The notes under the pieces were generated by a model. The model did no database searches. It was not told where the DNA came from and saw nothing but the letters and a program-made list of their open reading frames with translations. From Octopus vulgaris (lineage: Eukaryota), in NCBI GenBank assembly GCA_951406725.2, contig OX597841.1, positions 15,004,001 to 15,068,000 of the forward strand: 64,000 bases of DNA, written 5' to 3'. A program made the translations under genes and the position numbers. This document shows positions 40,262 through 55,007 of the stretch, in pieces. Each line of letters opens with the position of its first letter. The stretch's first letter is position 1.

Positions 40262-41053
40262 AATGTGTGTGTGTATATATATCTGTATGTATGCATGTGT
40301 GTTCATACTGTTTAATATCATTTGAAAGATTTTTTTATTTTTGTTTCTATATATTGATTTTCTTTATTTCCTTCATTCTTTCTTTCTTTCTCTTTCCAGA
40401 TCGATGACAAATGGCGGGAAACTTCGACCGAAAAATGCTCCACCGTTTTGTCTCGTGATGTTTCTGGATTTTACTTCACTCACCTGGAATGTTTTAAATC
40501 GTATTTACGGCAGTTTGGGGTGGGGTGGTGGTGGTGGTGGTGGTGGTGGTGGACGTGAACCAGCAAGAGTACTCACCCTCTCCCCGCTCCCCCACTCCGT
40601 TTTCACACCTGGATTATCTACAATATAGTTACCTATGCAGGTGTGTGTAGGTATCTATGGATTTTACCTTTGCTGGAAGGATGGTTTTACGATAAACTTG
40701 GATAAATCTTTACCTTATATTGCACCAAGACAGGTAGGAATACTCGTTTCTTTTCATTTTGAGCCACTTTTGAAAAATAAGTTCTGTGACGTGGAATGAG
40801 ATTTGAGACTACTGGGTGTAGCTGTTCTGACGCTGGCCCTTTGGCGCAGCTGACTGGATATTCAATGTATTTTGTTGATAGTGCTTTTTGGCACTAGAGG
40901 TAAACAGACACACACACACACACACATACATGCGCACGCAGAAATATGCATTTACAGAGAGAGAGAAAGTGAGAGAGGGGTGAATGGAGAGCAACAGAAA
41001 ATGGGAGAGAAAGAGAAAAAGAAAGAGACTGAAAAAAGAGGGGGAGAGAGAGA

Positions 41054-41236
41054 GAAGAAGAAGAAGAAGAAGAAGAAGAAGAAGACGACGACGACGACGA
41101 CGAAGAAGAAGAAGAAGAAGAAGAAGAAGAAGAAGAAGAAGAAGACGACGACGACGACGAAGAAGAAGAAGAAGAAGAAGAAGAAGAAGAAGAAGAAGAA
41201 GAAGAAGAAGAAGAAGAAGAAGAAGAAGAAGAAGAG
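41054..41236. repeat. (GAA)n/(GAC)n compound tract
   Basis: Direct reading. Confidence 0.95.
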
Positions 41237-41734
41237 AGATTACAATGTATTAAATGGTCACGATTGACAAATGCGCACATTTTCCCTCAGATGAAAGAAA
41301 GAGAAATGTGCTCACAAATAAACGCGCATGCTCAGAAACACACACATACACACACGGAAAGGGAAAGAAAAAGTGGTAGGGAGAGAGAGAGAGAGAGAGA
41401 GAAAGGGAGGTTAGAATTTATTTGAATAAGATTGGCAGAAATACTTTCCTTCTCGTCAAAGAAAAAGATATGCTCTCTCTCTCTCACTTAAGTATGAATA
41501 CAGAGAAAGAAATATATAGAGAGGGGAGAGAGTGAGAGAGAGGGGAATGGTGAAGAGAGAGAGGAATGGTGGAGCGAGAGGAAGCGAGAAAGATAGTGGA
41601 GAGAGAGAAAAGGAGAGAGAGACAGAGAGACGGTGAAGAGCGAGAGAAAGAGAGAGAGAGGAGAAGCGGGAGAGAGATGGTACACAGAGAGAAAGAGAGA
41701 GAGAGATGGCGGAGAGATTGAAAGAAAGGAATAG

Positions 41735-41814
<80 letters not shown>

Positions 41815-42327
41815 GTGAGAGAGATGGTGGAGAGAGAGAAAGAGGGAAAGATGGTGGAGAGAAAGGGAGAGAAAGAGAAAGAGAGAAAGACGGTGGGGAG
41901 AGAGAAAGATAGTGGAGAGAGAGAAAGAGAGAGTGAAAGAGATTGTGGGGAGAGAGAGAGAGAGGCTGATAGATAGACAGAGAGAGAAGCAGGGAAACAT
42001 TAGCAGATAAGAATCATCGACGCCGAATGAGCGGCGCCGAAACAGCTGCGCCAAAACCAAATAAAACCCCTGTAGCGCGTTCTACCTGAAAACCAATCAA
42101 TTTCAGTTATCTTGCTCGGGGCAAGTGGAGCTTTGTGTGATGCTTAGCAGCATTTCGCCCGTCTTTACGCTCTGAGTTCAAATTCCGCCGAGGCCAACTT
42201 TGCCTTTCAGGATCGACAAAAATAAGTACCAGCTATGCACTGGGGTTGATGGAATCGACGTACCGCCTGTCCCAGAAACGTTTCAAGGCCTTCTGCCAGA
42301 GTGAGAGATAATAATAATAACAAAAAT

Positions 42328-42415
<88 letters not shown>

Positions 42416-42587
42416 GTAAGTGAAAACAACATCCATTCATGAATTTATTTATTTATTAAATTTTAAATACATATTTTATCTGTGAATTTGCGTGTGTAAT
42501 CTGGGAATGCATACAATGAGCTTCTCTGCCCTAGGTGTATGGAAAACACTCGGCGAGAAACGGAAGAAAATTTGAAGAAAGAAGGAA

Positions 42588-42663
<76 letters not shown>

Positions 42664-42664
42664 G

Positions 42665-42695
<31 letters not shown>

Positions 42696-43414
42696 AATAA
42701 TAATAATAATAATAATGCGTGTTTGTGTGTGTGTGTTTGTGTGTGTGTGTATCGACAAATTGTAGATATTTCTGTTTGTGTGTACCTCTTAAGCGAGTTC
42801 ATCGATTCTGTGTCCCTTGATAGTTCTTGTAAAGACTGCGTTACCTTTCCATGGTCGCCATCTTCTATTTGCCACTCACGACGTCTCTTCGTTAGACAAC
42901 GATATCAGGAATCTCAAATAGATTCAATCAATTTTATTTTTTTATTCCATTCGTGTTATTAATTTTTTATACATGGCCATAAACTAAATTCTGTCTGTCA
43001 GACGGTAATTATAAAGGAGAAAAAGAAATGCTTCCCGCATGCTGTGTAAGAAGTAGGGGGGAAAAAGGATTTGTTTCGCTCCCTACTGCGTCAAAAAAAA
43101 AAAAAGAATATATATTTTATGCAAACATGAAATATTTAATGCATACTGGATTTTTAAAAAAACGACCCCCTCCACAAAAAAAAATAAAAAACGAAAAATA
43201 AAACAAGGGTCTTTGCTGCCTATCAGACATGGCTGTGCGGTTAAAAAAGATCACTTTGCAACTAAGCGATTGCGGTTTCTGTTCCACCTTGCGGCACATT
43301 GGTGAAGAGTTTTCACTTTTATTTTAACCTCGGGCCGATCAGTGCCACCTGAGAGAATTTGGTGGACGCAAACGATATGGAAGCCCATCGTATAACTGTA
43401 TATATATATAAATG

Positions 43415-43465
<51 letters not shown>

Positions 43466-43627
43466 GCGCAGGAGTGGCTGTGTGGTAGTAGCTTGCTTCA
43501 CAACTACATGGTTCTGGGTTCAGCCCTACTGCGTGGTTCCTTGGGCAAGTGTCTTCTACTATAGCCTCGGGCCGACTAAAGCCTTGTGAGTGGATTTGGT
43601 AGACGGAAACTGAAAGAAGCCCATCGC

Positions 43628-43665
<38 letters not shown>

Positions 43666-43860
43666 TTGTTTGTCTCCCACCATCGCTTGACAACCGATGC
43701 TGGGGTGCTTACGTCACCCGTAACTGAGCGGTTCGGCAAAAGGCAGCGATAGAATAAAAACTCGGCTTACAAACAATAAGTCCTGGGGTCGATTTGCTCG
43801 ACTAAAGGCAGTGCTCCAGCATGGCCGCAGTCAAATGACTGAAGCAAGTAAAAGAAAGAA
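43466..43860 (+). mobile_element. SINE family A
   Basis: Matches family consensus. Confidence 0.88.
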
Positions 43861-43874
43861 AAAAAAGTATATAT

Positions 43875-43903
43875 ACTAGATGACATACCCGGTAATACCC
43901 GGG
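43875..43903 (-). mobile_element. Possible Helitron 3' terminus
   Basis: Minus strand: GC hairpin CCCGG-GTATTA-CCGGG then ~8 nt then CTAG|T; 5' end not identified. Confidence 0.45.
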
Positions 43904-44455
43904 AAAGCGCGGTTTATCCCCCGGTTCCGTTCTCATAATTGTTTCGCTAATCCAATAACAACAATACAAAGTATGTATCCCTTGAAACGGTTTTTGTGCC
44001 CAAATTGTGAAGTCCGATATGTAATAGCATGAAATTAGTTACCCGATAGTAAGAATTCAAATAAAGTTGCCCCGAAAAGGGATTTAATGCGTTCCCAGAG
44101 TATATAGAACTTAGGAGGAAATACCAATAAGTTATGTATACTAAAATCGTGAATCATGTTACGTAATAACAGGTTAATCAGATATGAGATAATAACAATT
44201 CGAAGTAAATAACTCTGAAATCGACTTTTGTGTGTTCCCAGAGAATATTACCCTCAGCGGCGCTGGTGTTAGTATATTCGTGAATAAGTCACTAACCGAA
44301 ATAAGTGGATCTATTGTTTAGGAAAATACTATTTACTTGTTTCAGGATTGTACTGGATTAATTGCGAAAATAACTCTAACCGTTCAAATACTAAGAAATA
44401 AGCATACACAATTTGATTTATACCAAATGATTTAGGGAAATGAATGGGTTATTTC

Positions 44456-46122
44456 CCTTGAGGAAGACACTTTATTTCATGCTGCCCCAGTCCACTCAGC
44501 TGGCAAAAATGAGTAGTACATGTAATTAAAACGGGGTCAACATTATTACATACTGAGTCACACTGAATCTCTTTGAGAATTACGTTAAAGATACGCGTGT
44601 CTGTGGAGTACTCAGCCACTTGCACGTTAATTTCACAAGCAGGCTGTTCCGTTGATCGGATCAACTGGAAGCCTCGCCGTCGTAACCGACGGAGTACCGC
44701 TGCCCGAATCTCTCCGAGAACTACGTCAAGGGTACGCGTGTCTGTGGAGTACTCGGCCACTTGCAGGTTAATTTCACAAGCACGCTGTTCGGTTGATCGG
44801 ATCAACTGGAAGCCTCGTCGTCGTAACCGACGGAGTACCGCTGCCTGAATCTCTCTGAGAACTACGTCAAGGGTACGCGTGTCTGTGGAGTACTCGGCCA
44901 CTTGCACGTTAATTTCACAAGCAGGCTGTTCCGTTGATCGGATCAACTGGAAGCCTCGTCGTCGTAACCGACGGAGTACCGCTGCCCGAATCTCTCCGAT
45001 AACTACGTCAAGGGTACGCGTGTCTGTGGAGTACTCGGCCACTTGCACGTTAATTTCACAAGCACGCTGTTCGGTTGATCGGATCAACTGGAAGCCTCGT
45101 CGTCGTAACCGACGGAGTACCGCTGCCTGAATCTCTCTGAGAACTACGTCAAGGGTACGCGGTGTCTGTGGAGTACTCGGCCACTTGCACGTTAATTTCA
45201 CAAGCAGGCTGTTCCGTTGATCGGATCAACTGGAAGCCTCGTCGTCGTAACCGACGGAGTACCGCTGCCCGAATCTCTCCGAGAACTACGTCAAGGGTAC
45301 GCGTGTCTGTGGAGTACTCGGCCGCTTGCACGTTAATTTCACAAGTAGGCTGTTCGGTCGATCGCCGATCAAATGAAACACTCTTCGTCGTAACCGACGG
45401 AGTACCGCTGCCTGAATCTCTCCGAGAACTACGTCAAGGGGTACGCGTGTCTGTGGAGTACTCGGCCACTTACACGATAATTTCACGCCCTGGCTGTTCT
45501 GTTGATCGGATCAACTGGAAGCCTCGTCGTCGTCACCGACGGAGTACCGCTGCCTGAATCTCTCCGGGAACTACGTCAAGGGTACGCGGTGTCTGTGGAG
45601 TACTCGGCCACTTGCACGTTAATTTCACAAGCAGGCTGTTCGGTTGATCGGATCAACTGGAAGCCTCGTCGTCGTAACCGACGGAGTACCGCTGCCTGAA
45701 TCTCTCCGGGAACTACGTCAAGGGTACGCGGTGTCTGTGGAGTACTCGGCCACTTGCACGTTAATTTCACAAGCCGGCTGTTCGGTCGATCGCGGATCAA
45801 ATGAAACACTCTTCGTCGTCACCGACGGAGTACCGCTGCCTGAATCTCTCCGAGAACTACGTCAAGGGTACGCGGTGTCTGTGGAGTACTCGGCCACTTG
45901 CACGTTAATTTCACAAGCCGGCTGTTCGGTCGATCGCGGATCAAATGAAACACTCTTCGTCGTCACCGACGGAGTACCGCTGCCCGAATCTCTCCGAGAA
46001 CTACATCAAGGGTACGCGGTGTCTGTGGAGTACTCGGCCACTTGCACGTTAATTTCACAAGCCGGCTGTTCGGTCGATCGCGGATCAAATGAAACACTCT
46101 TCGTCGTCACCGACGGAGTACC
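44456..46122 (+). repeat. SINE D body followed by tandem array of its 3' ~142 bp (11 units), then A-rich tail
   Basis: GGAGTACC ends at 44698, 44839, 44980, 45121, 45263, 45406, 45548, 45690, 45834, 45978, 46122. Confidence 0.92.
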
Positions 46123-46635
46123 AAAAAACAAAAAACAAAAAAATCCCAAAAAATCTCAACTCCCTCCCCCGGCTCCACCATCACCATATAAAAAAAAACC
46201 CCCCAAAAAAACTCCTTCGTTTTCTGAAGAATTTTCACAACCATATCATATTTTCTGTCTTCAAAACCCCAGCATGTGTCAACCCCCATTTATCGAGCGC
46301 GCATCAGCTCAGCTTTATATTTTTTTAACCAACATAACCCCTTTTTCGTATTTTCTTCCCCAGCAGGCTGGATCGAGTTTTTTATTCATTTATTTTTTTA
46401 TTTATTTATTTATTTATTTATTTATTGTAGGGCGCGTCGGGGTCCGTATTTATTTTTTTAAACCATTCTGCAGGAAACCTGCCTTATTTTTTTTCATTAT
46501 TACCTTTTTTTGTCATATATTACCCAGCATGCATTAAATTTATCTTTTACCTTTCACTTGTGTCTGTCACTAGGCTGCGGGCCCATGCTGGGGCAACGGC
46601 CTTGACGAATTCTCAGTCGAATGCATCGCGCCCAA

Positions 46636-47047
46636 TACTCTTTACTCTTTTTACTCTTTTACTTGTTTCAGTCATTTGACTGCGGCCATGCTGGAGCACC
46701 GCCTTTAGTCGAGGAAATCGACCCCGGGACTTATTCTTTGTAAGCCCAGTACTTATTCTATCGGTCTCTTTTGCCGAACCGCTAAGTTACGGGGACCTAA
46801 ACACACCAGCATCGGCTGTCAAGCAATGCTAGGGGGACAAACACAGACACACAAACAAACACATATATATATATACATATATACGACAGGCTTCTTTCAG
46901 TTTCCGTCTACCAGATCCACTCACAAGGCATTGGTCCGCCCGGGGCCATAGCAGAAGACACTTGCCCAAGGTACCACACAGTGGGACTGAACCCGGAACC
47001 ATGTGGTTGGTTAGCAAGCTACTTACCACACAGCCACTCCCGCGCCT
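46636..47047 (-). mobile_element. SINE family A, full length
   Basis: Head to tail match. Confidence 0.9.
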
Positions 47048-47393
47048 ATACCCTTTAAAAAAAAAAAAAAAAAAAGAAACTGGTAATTATTCTATTGATG
47101 TCTTTTGCCCAAACGATTTGTAACGAGGGCATTAACAAACCAGTACACTCGTCGTCGTAACCGACGGAGTGCCACAATATATATATATATGTTGTACTCT
47201 TTCGCCCCAATATATATATATATGTTGTACTCTTTCGCCCCAACTTTCTCTTATTCTCTCTCTTCCTGTTTCTTGAGTAACGCTGCGATGGACTGGTGTC
47301 CCGTCCAGCTGGGGTGGGGGGACACATACGCCACAGAAAGCGAGAAGCCGGACCCATGAGCCTGGCTGGGCTTTGAAAGGGAGGTGTTTATCG

Positions 47394-47432
<39 letters not shown>

Positions 47433-47438
<6 letters not shown>

Positions 47439-47533
47439 GTACTCCAAACAAGAAAACAAAAAGACAACAACGCAAGGATGTGGAACAAATAAAGTATTAT
47501 TGGACGCTCAGGAAAGAAAAGAAGGAGGGTTTG
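47433..47533 (-). mobile_element. Family H2 element lacking the HHR 5' part
   Basis: Matches 58962-59065; (TA)n both sides. Confidence 0.7.
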
Positions 47534-48310
47534 TATATATATATATATATATATATTAATAAATAAAACATATGCATATATATATACATATATGTAGGTA
47601 CCAACCTCTACATGTATATATACACGCATATATAAGTACAGGACACCAAAAAAACGTTGAACACAATGAGAAACGGAAACATAAACACAAAACCAAGGAA
47701 CTGGACATTTTTCTTAAACAACGAAAAAATAGAGTACAGGACAAATAACACAAGGAAAATTACCCTTCGTCAGTCGCCATGGTTTCATCTACTCTGCGTT
47801 TCGAAGGTCAAGGCGATACGCATCTTCAATAGATATATATATATATATTTGTGTGTATGTGTGTGCGTGTGTGTGTGTATGTGTGTGCGATTGACTTTCA
47901 CTAGCTGTCTGTCTATTAAATTCATTCGTTGGTCGGCCCGGGAATATGCTAGAAGGCCTCCTCGTCCAAAGTTCTACGCAGACTGACAGTGGGACTGAAC
48001 CCGTAGCCACATAACTACAAAAGGAATTTTTTTTAAACCATAGGGCCATGCCTAAGTCTATTTATCATATTTTTTGTCACTTTTAAAATTTTTTCAATAA
48101 ATTTATTCTATTTTTTATTCTCAATTTTTTTTATTAAAACAAAACAAAAAAAGAAAGCGAGAAATTTCAGCGAATAAATTTTATTTAATTCTTATTTATT
48201 TTAATCTTAGTTTAGCCTTTTTTTTTCTTCTTCAAATCTTTATTAAAAAGATTGAAACATATTTCTTTAAATTGTTTTTTATCAGTTCGCTGAAAAAGTT
48301 AAAATTAATA

Positions 48311-48591
<281 letters not shown>

Positions 48592-49023
48592 GCATATATA
48601 TACTTCAGACATTAAAAAATATCTTTTTAAGATTAGAAATGAAAAATATGTCTTTGCGAATATTTTTTTTTTTTTTTTATAAATTCTTCAATTATTGTTA
48701 TTCCTTTGTTTTTGTAAATTTTAATTTGTTTTTTTTTTGTTTTTGTGTTTTTGCGTCTCCTCAGTTATATTAATTTTCTTTGTTTTTATTTATATTTTTT
48801 GAATTAAAAAAAATTTTATTTTTTATTTCCAAAAACCAAAAAACCAAAAAAAAAAAAAAATCCCAAAAAACAAAATAAAACAAAAATGAAAAAAAAAAAA
48901 TCTTTTTCTGCAATTATTTTATGATTATTGTGTTTTTGTTATCATCATCATCATCATCATCATCATTGCCATCATCATCATTAGTTGTCTTTGTTATCGT
49001 CTCTGTCGTCGTCAACATCAACT

Positions 49024-49527
49024 CCACCACCACCACCACCATCACCACCACCATCGCCGCCACCACAACCACCACCACCACCATCACCACCACCACCACC
49101 ACCACCACCACCACCACCACCACCATCACCACCACCACCACCACCACCACCACCACCACCACCACCACCACCACCACCACCACCACCACCACCACCACCA
49201 CCACCACCACTACCACCACCACCACCACCATCACCACCATCGCCACCACCACCACCACCACCACCACCCACCACCACCACCACCACCACCACCACCACCA
49301 CCACCACCACCACTACCATCGCACCACCACCACCACCACCACCACCACCACCACCACCACCACCACCACCACCACCACCACCACCACCACCACCACCACC
49401 ACCACCACCACCACCACCACCACTACCACCACCACCACCACCACCATCACCACCACCACCACCACCACCACCACCACCACCACCACCACCACCACCACCA
49501 CCACCACCACCACCACCACACACCACC
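49024..49527. repeat. (CCA)n tract ~500 bp
   Basis: Direct reading. Confidence 0.95.
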
Positions 49528-49728
49528 GTCACCATAATCATTAGTATTCAAATCTTCACGCCATTATCATTATTTTCCAGTTTTATATGGAAATGTGTGA
49601 CTTTTCAGCCGCTTTGTTTCTCTTAATTAATTAATATTTTTGCCATTTTCGGATATATATATATATATATACACTCACATATATACACAAATGTGGCTGT
49701 ATATATACACACACATATGCATACATAC

Positions 49729-49765
<37 letters not shown>

Positions 49766-49815
49766 TACATTTTTATATGTATTATATGTATATATGTATA
49801 TATGTATTATATATA

Positions 49816-49980
<165 letters not shown>

Positions 49981-50336
49981 TATATATATATACAAATACG
50001 TTTCTGTGTGTGTGTGTGTGTGGCTTTTAATGATATTCATCGTTTTATATAATAAAATTCATTTTAACGCCTTTTTTCAGACCCATTATTTCCATTTAAT
50101 CAGATCTCTCTCTCCTTCTCTCTCTCTCTCTCCTTCTCTCTCTCTCTCTCTCTCTCTTCTCTCACACATACATACACGCTCTTTCTCTCTCTCTCTCTCT
50201 CTCTCGCTCACATATTCCCTCGTTCCATCTTTCTAAATTTTAACACCTCACAACCACGCATTACCCCCCAATGGCCATCCACCAACACCACACACCTCTC
50301 ACACCATCACCATCACCAAAGCACGACGCATATTTT

Positions 50337-51769
50337 CATCTTCGAGCCGGAGACAAAGAGGCAATCGTTGCAGAAGGAACACTCCTTCTCACCTGCACCA
50401 AAAAAGGGCCAGGGTCGTGTCACCTGCAGAGAAGGTGACTGCCTCAGTTTTGGGCGATGCAAAAGGCATTGTGTTTATTGACAATCTCCAGAAGGGTCCC
50501 ACCAGTAATGGAGAGTACTATGTCGAATTGCTGAGGCAGTTGCGAAAGGCTATCAAGACCAAATGCTCAGGAAAACTGACAAAAGGGGTCTTGTTTCATC
50601 TGGACTAAGTTCCAGCACACTGGTCCTTGATTTCAAAGTCGGATGTGTGTGACCGTAGCTTTGAATTGGTTGCATACCTTCCTCCTTATTTTCCTGATTT
50701 GGCCCCATCTTATTTCTTTATTGCCCACAAGGGGCTAAACATAGAGGGGACAAACAAGGACAGACAAACGGATTAAATAGATTACATCGACCCCAGTGCG
50801 TAACTGGTACTTAATTTATAGACGCCGAAAGGATGAAAGGTAAATTCGACCTCGGCGGAATTTGAACCCAGAACGTAGCGGCAGACGAAATACCTATTTC
50901 TTTGCTGCCCACAAGGGGCTAAACACAGAGAGGACAAACAAGGACAGGCAAGCGGATTAAGTCAATTATATCGACTCCAGTGCGTAACTGGTACTTATTT
51001 AATCGACCCCGAAAGGATGAAAAGCAAAGTCGTCCTCGGCGGAATTTGAACTCAGAACGTAGCGGTAGACAAAATACCTGTTTCTTTATTACCCTCAAGG
51101 GGCTAAACACAGAGATGACAAACAAGGACAGACAAACGGATTAAGTCGATTACATCGACCCCAGTGCGTAACTGGTACTTAATTTATCGACCCCGAAAGG
51201 ATGAAAGGCAAAGTCGACCTCGACGGAATTTGAACCCAGAACGTAACAGCAGACGAAATACCTATTTCTTTGCTACCCACAAGGGGCTAAACACAGAGAG
51301 GACAAACAAGGACAGACAAACGGATTAAGTCAATTATATCGATCCCAATGCATAACTGGTACTTAATTTATCGACCCCGAAAGGATGAAAGGCAAAGTCG
51401 ACCTCGGCGGAATTTGAACCCAGAACGTAACGGCAGACGAAAAACCGTTAAGCATTTCGCCTGGCGTGCTAACGTTTCTGCCAGCTCACCACCTTGGCCC
51501 CATCTGACTACCATCTGTTCCTCAACATGGTAAAACACTTGGCTGGGGACCAGTATCGCAGTGATAATGACGTCATATCCGCTGTTGGCTTTTTTTGACC
51601 AACAGGAAGAAAGGTTCTTCACTAATGGGATCCAAGCTCTGCAACACCGATGGAAGAAGAGTGTGGACCGCAAGGGGTGGGGGCACTATGTTGGAAAATA
51701 AGCCTCATTTGGTCAGATTCCATGAGAGTATTTTGGTCAGCCTATGAGCTTTTCAGCCAACACCGCGTA
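50337..51769 (+). pseudogene. Decayed mariner transposase catalytic half and 3' TIR, split by a SINE B tetramer
   Basis: EPETKRQS, KVTASVLGDAKGIVFIDNLQKG..NGEYY..LRKAIK..GVLFHLD*, YFPDLAPS|DYHLF, GIQALQHRWKK; DD34D mariner motifs with stops and frameshifts. Confidence 0.9.
50711..51493 (-). mobile_element. SINE family B tetramer with target-site duplication
   Basis: TSD TTGGCCCCATCT at 50699-50710 and 51494-51505; junctions at 50894, 51078, 51262 (period 184). Confidence 0.92.
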
Positions 51770-51788
51770 TCCGCTGTTCATTGTCTTT

Positions 51789-51850
<62 letters not shown>

Positions 51851-51903
51851 GAGAGAGAGAGAGAGGCAGAGTTGATGATAATGCTGGTGTTGGTAGTGAC
51901 GCT

Positions 51904-51907
51904 GATT

Positions 51908-51942
<35 letters not shown>

Positions 51943-51943
51943 A

Positions 51944-51997
<54 letters not shown>

Positions 51998-52037
51998 TTA
52001 ATGATGATGATGGTGGTGATGATGATGGTGATGATGG

Positions 52038-52068
<31 letters not shown>

Positions 52069-52072
52069 GACG

Positions 52073-52123
<51 letters not shown>

Positions 52124-52308
52124 ATGATGATGGTAATGATGATGATTATGATGATGATGATTATGATGATGATGATTATGATGATGATGGTGACGATAAT
52201 GACGATGATGATGATGGTGGTGGTGGCGGTAGGGATGTCGTTAGCGATTTATGCGAAGATGACGACGACGACGACGACGACAACGATGAAGATGACAATG
52301 ATGATGGT
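51904..52308. repeat. (GAT)n-rich tract
   Basis: Direct reading. Confidence 0.95.
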
Positions 52309-52680
52309 GCGAAGAGAGAGAGAGAGAGAGAGAGATAGAGAGAGAGATAGAGAGATAGAGAGAGAGAGATAGAGAGAGAGAGAAACTTAAATGCCATTAA
52401 TTAGTTCGCCTCCCCACCCACACTCCACCCCGTCTTCTCCACGGCCAATACCCCCCACCTCCTCCTTCCAACATGTCTACTTAATCAATCAGAAGTGATA
52501 ATAGTCGGCCATTTTGAGTCACAACTGTGTCACATCGTTTCCTTCATGTCTCTTCAACATTCGCTACGTCTACAACATGTATATGCATGGATGGCTGTGT
52601 GCACATGTATATATGTGTGTGTATGCATGTATGTGTGTGTGTGTATGTTTGTACATATATATATCTGTATATATATATAT

Positions 52681-52729
<49 letters not shown>

Positions 52730-52993
52730 TACATATATACATATATACACACGTATATATGAATATATCTCTATACACACATATATATCTATGTATATAT
52801 ATATGTATATACACAAATATACATATATACACAAATGTGCACACACATACACACATACATACTCATACATACATACTCGCTCTTTCAGGCATACATACAT
52901 TCGTACATATATATATATGTATATATATATATACACACACACATATATATGTATATACGTGTATATATATATGTATATATGTGTGTATATACG

Positions 52994-53045
<52 letters not shown>

Positions 53046-53326
53046 TACATACACACATATATATTTTCCTATTTACATACATACAAACATACACACACAC
53101 ACACACACACGTATATATATTTACACATACATTGTGATAACGTAATATTTTTATATTCATCAATGACATTTTGCATTTTCATAAATGTTTTCACTTTTTC
53201 GCCTCAGTTCACCTGTCTGACAATGGGGACGCCAGAAGACATTTAGTTCAAGCATTAACAATTATTCATCTTTGATTAGTAACGAAGCATGGCCCATTGC
53301 TAAAAGATAATTTATCAACGTGTGTA

Positions 53327-53404
<78 letters not shown>

Positions 53405-53669
53405 AAATTAATTTGTCATTAATATTTCTTCATTGGAAACAAAATATTGTTTTTATGTTTAATTGGAATTTTAAGGTTACAAGTTGGCACAGTCGTTAGC
53501 GCGTCGGAAAATAGCTGCATTTCATTTGTCTTCATGCCGTGAGTTCAAATTTCACCGAGGTCGATTTTTGCCTTTCATCCTTTCTGGGTCGCTAAAATAA
53601 TTACCAGTTGATCACTGGTGATCGATGTAATCGATTTATCATCACCCCTTCTCAAAATTGCTGGCCATA

Positions 53670-53889
53670 AGGAGAGGGGCTTTCTCCGTCCGGGTTGCGG
53701 ATCCGTGGAATAAGCTGCCGGACGAGATGGTGAAGATGCCGACGACCGCTCGGTTCAAAGTCTCCCTTGACCACAAGTGGCCTGAACTCTTTGCATGAAC
53801 ACCACCCTGTACATAACTCCATGTCCCCCTACATGGCCTTGCTTTTTGCTTTTTGAGCCAAATAATTAACTAATTAACTAATTAACTAA
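53670..53889 (+). mobile_element. 5'-truncated CR1-type LINE 3' end
   Basis: RRGAFSVRVADPWNKLPDEMVKMPTTARFKVSLDHKWPELFA* (stop 53796-53798), short 3' UTR, (TAATTAAC)3 tail. Confidence 0.85.
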
Positions 53890-54230
53890 AATATAAGTCT
53901 AGTGTTTAATTGGAATCTTAAGATGGTGAGCCGAGGCACAAATGTTCAAAAGGATTTTTTCCAGCTTTGCATACTGAGTTCAAATCCTGCCCAGCTCGAC
54001 TTTGCCTTTCATCCTTTCGGGTTCGAAAAAATAACCCTTTCTACTATAGGCACAAGACCTGAAATTTGATAGGAGGGGGACTAGATGATTACATCGACCC
54101 CAGTGTCTCACTGGTACTTAATTTATCGACTGAACCACTCGTACACTTGTCTGAGGATCATAGACTCCTCTCCATACACTTTCTGCAACTTTGCGCAGGT
54201 CACTGAGCAGGTATCAACATAACAACTTCT

Positions 54231-54552
54231 CTTAATTTATCGACCCCGAAAAGACAGACGAAAGGCAAAGTCGACCTCGCCGGAATTTGAACTCAGAACG
54301 TAGCGACGGGCGAAATACTTATTTCTTTACTACCCACAAGGGGCTAAACACAGAGAAGACAAACAAGGACAGACAAACAGATTAAGTCGATTATATCGAC
54401 CCCAGTGCGTAACTGGTACTTATTTAATCGATCCCGAAAGGATGAAAGGCAAAGTCGACCTCGGCGGAATTTGAACTCAGAACGTAACGGCAGACAAAAT
54501 ACGGCTAAGCATTTCGCCCGGCGTGCTAACGTTTCTGCCAGCTCGCCGCCTT
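54231..54552 (-). mobile_element. SINE family B monomer plus partial second unit
   Basis: Junction at 54319/54320. Confidence 0.85.
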
Positions 54553-54964
54553 GACCACAAGTGCGAAATACTGACGGGCGAAATACTGCTATGCATTTCG
54601 TCTAGCGCGCTAGCTCGCCGCCTTCGGGTTCCATAAAATAATATACCAGTTGCGTCACCGTGTCCATGTAATCAATTAATTCCTTACTCAAAGAGACAGT
54701 CTTTTCTCTTATCTTCTGGAGCACATCACACCTACGCAGTGTAAGGTTGAACAAGTTCCTCCACAACACCAACAGCTGCGAACAGTCACAGGCTTCTGGT
54801 CTTTCTCTGTAAGAAACAAGAACACTTCAAAGCTATTGAGAGCGTTTGAGGTGGAGAGCAAAAAAATTATATTTAAAATGTCTGTTCACACAACATTATA
54901 TATACTTCCTCACACACACGCGCAAGCAAGCATTTATACATACATACATACATACATACATAAT

Positions 54965-55007
<43 letters not shown>

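Noticed and set aside
44449-46537. Repeat-protein ORFs, CRISPR or retrozyme reading of the 142-bp array
   Set aside because: Units are SINE-derived with no unique spacers, frames break between units, and no hammerhead core was found on either strand
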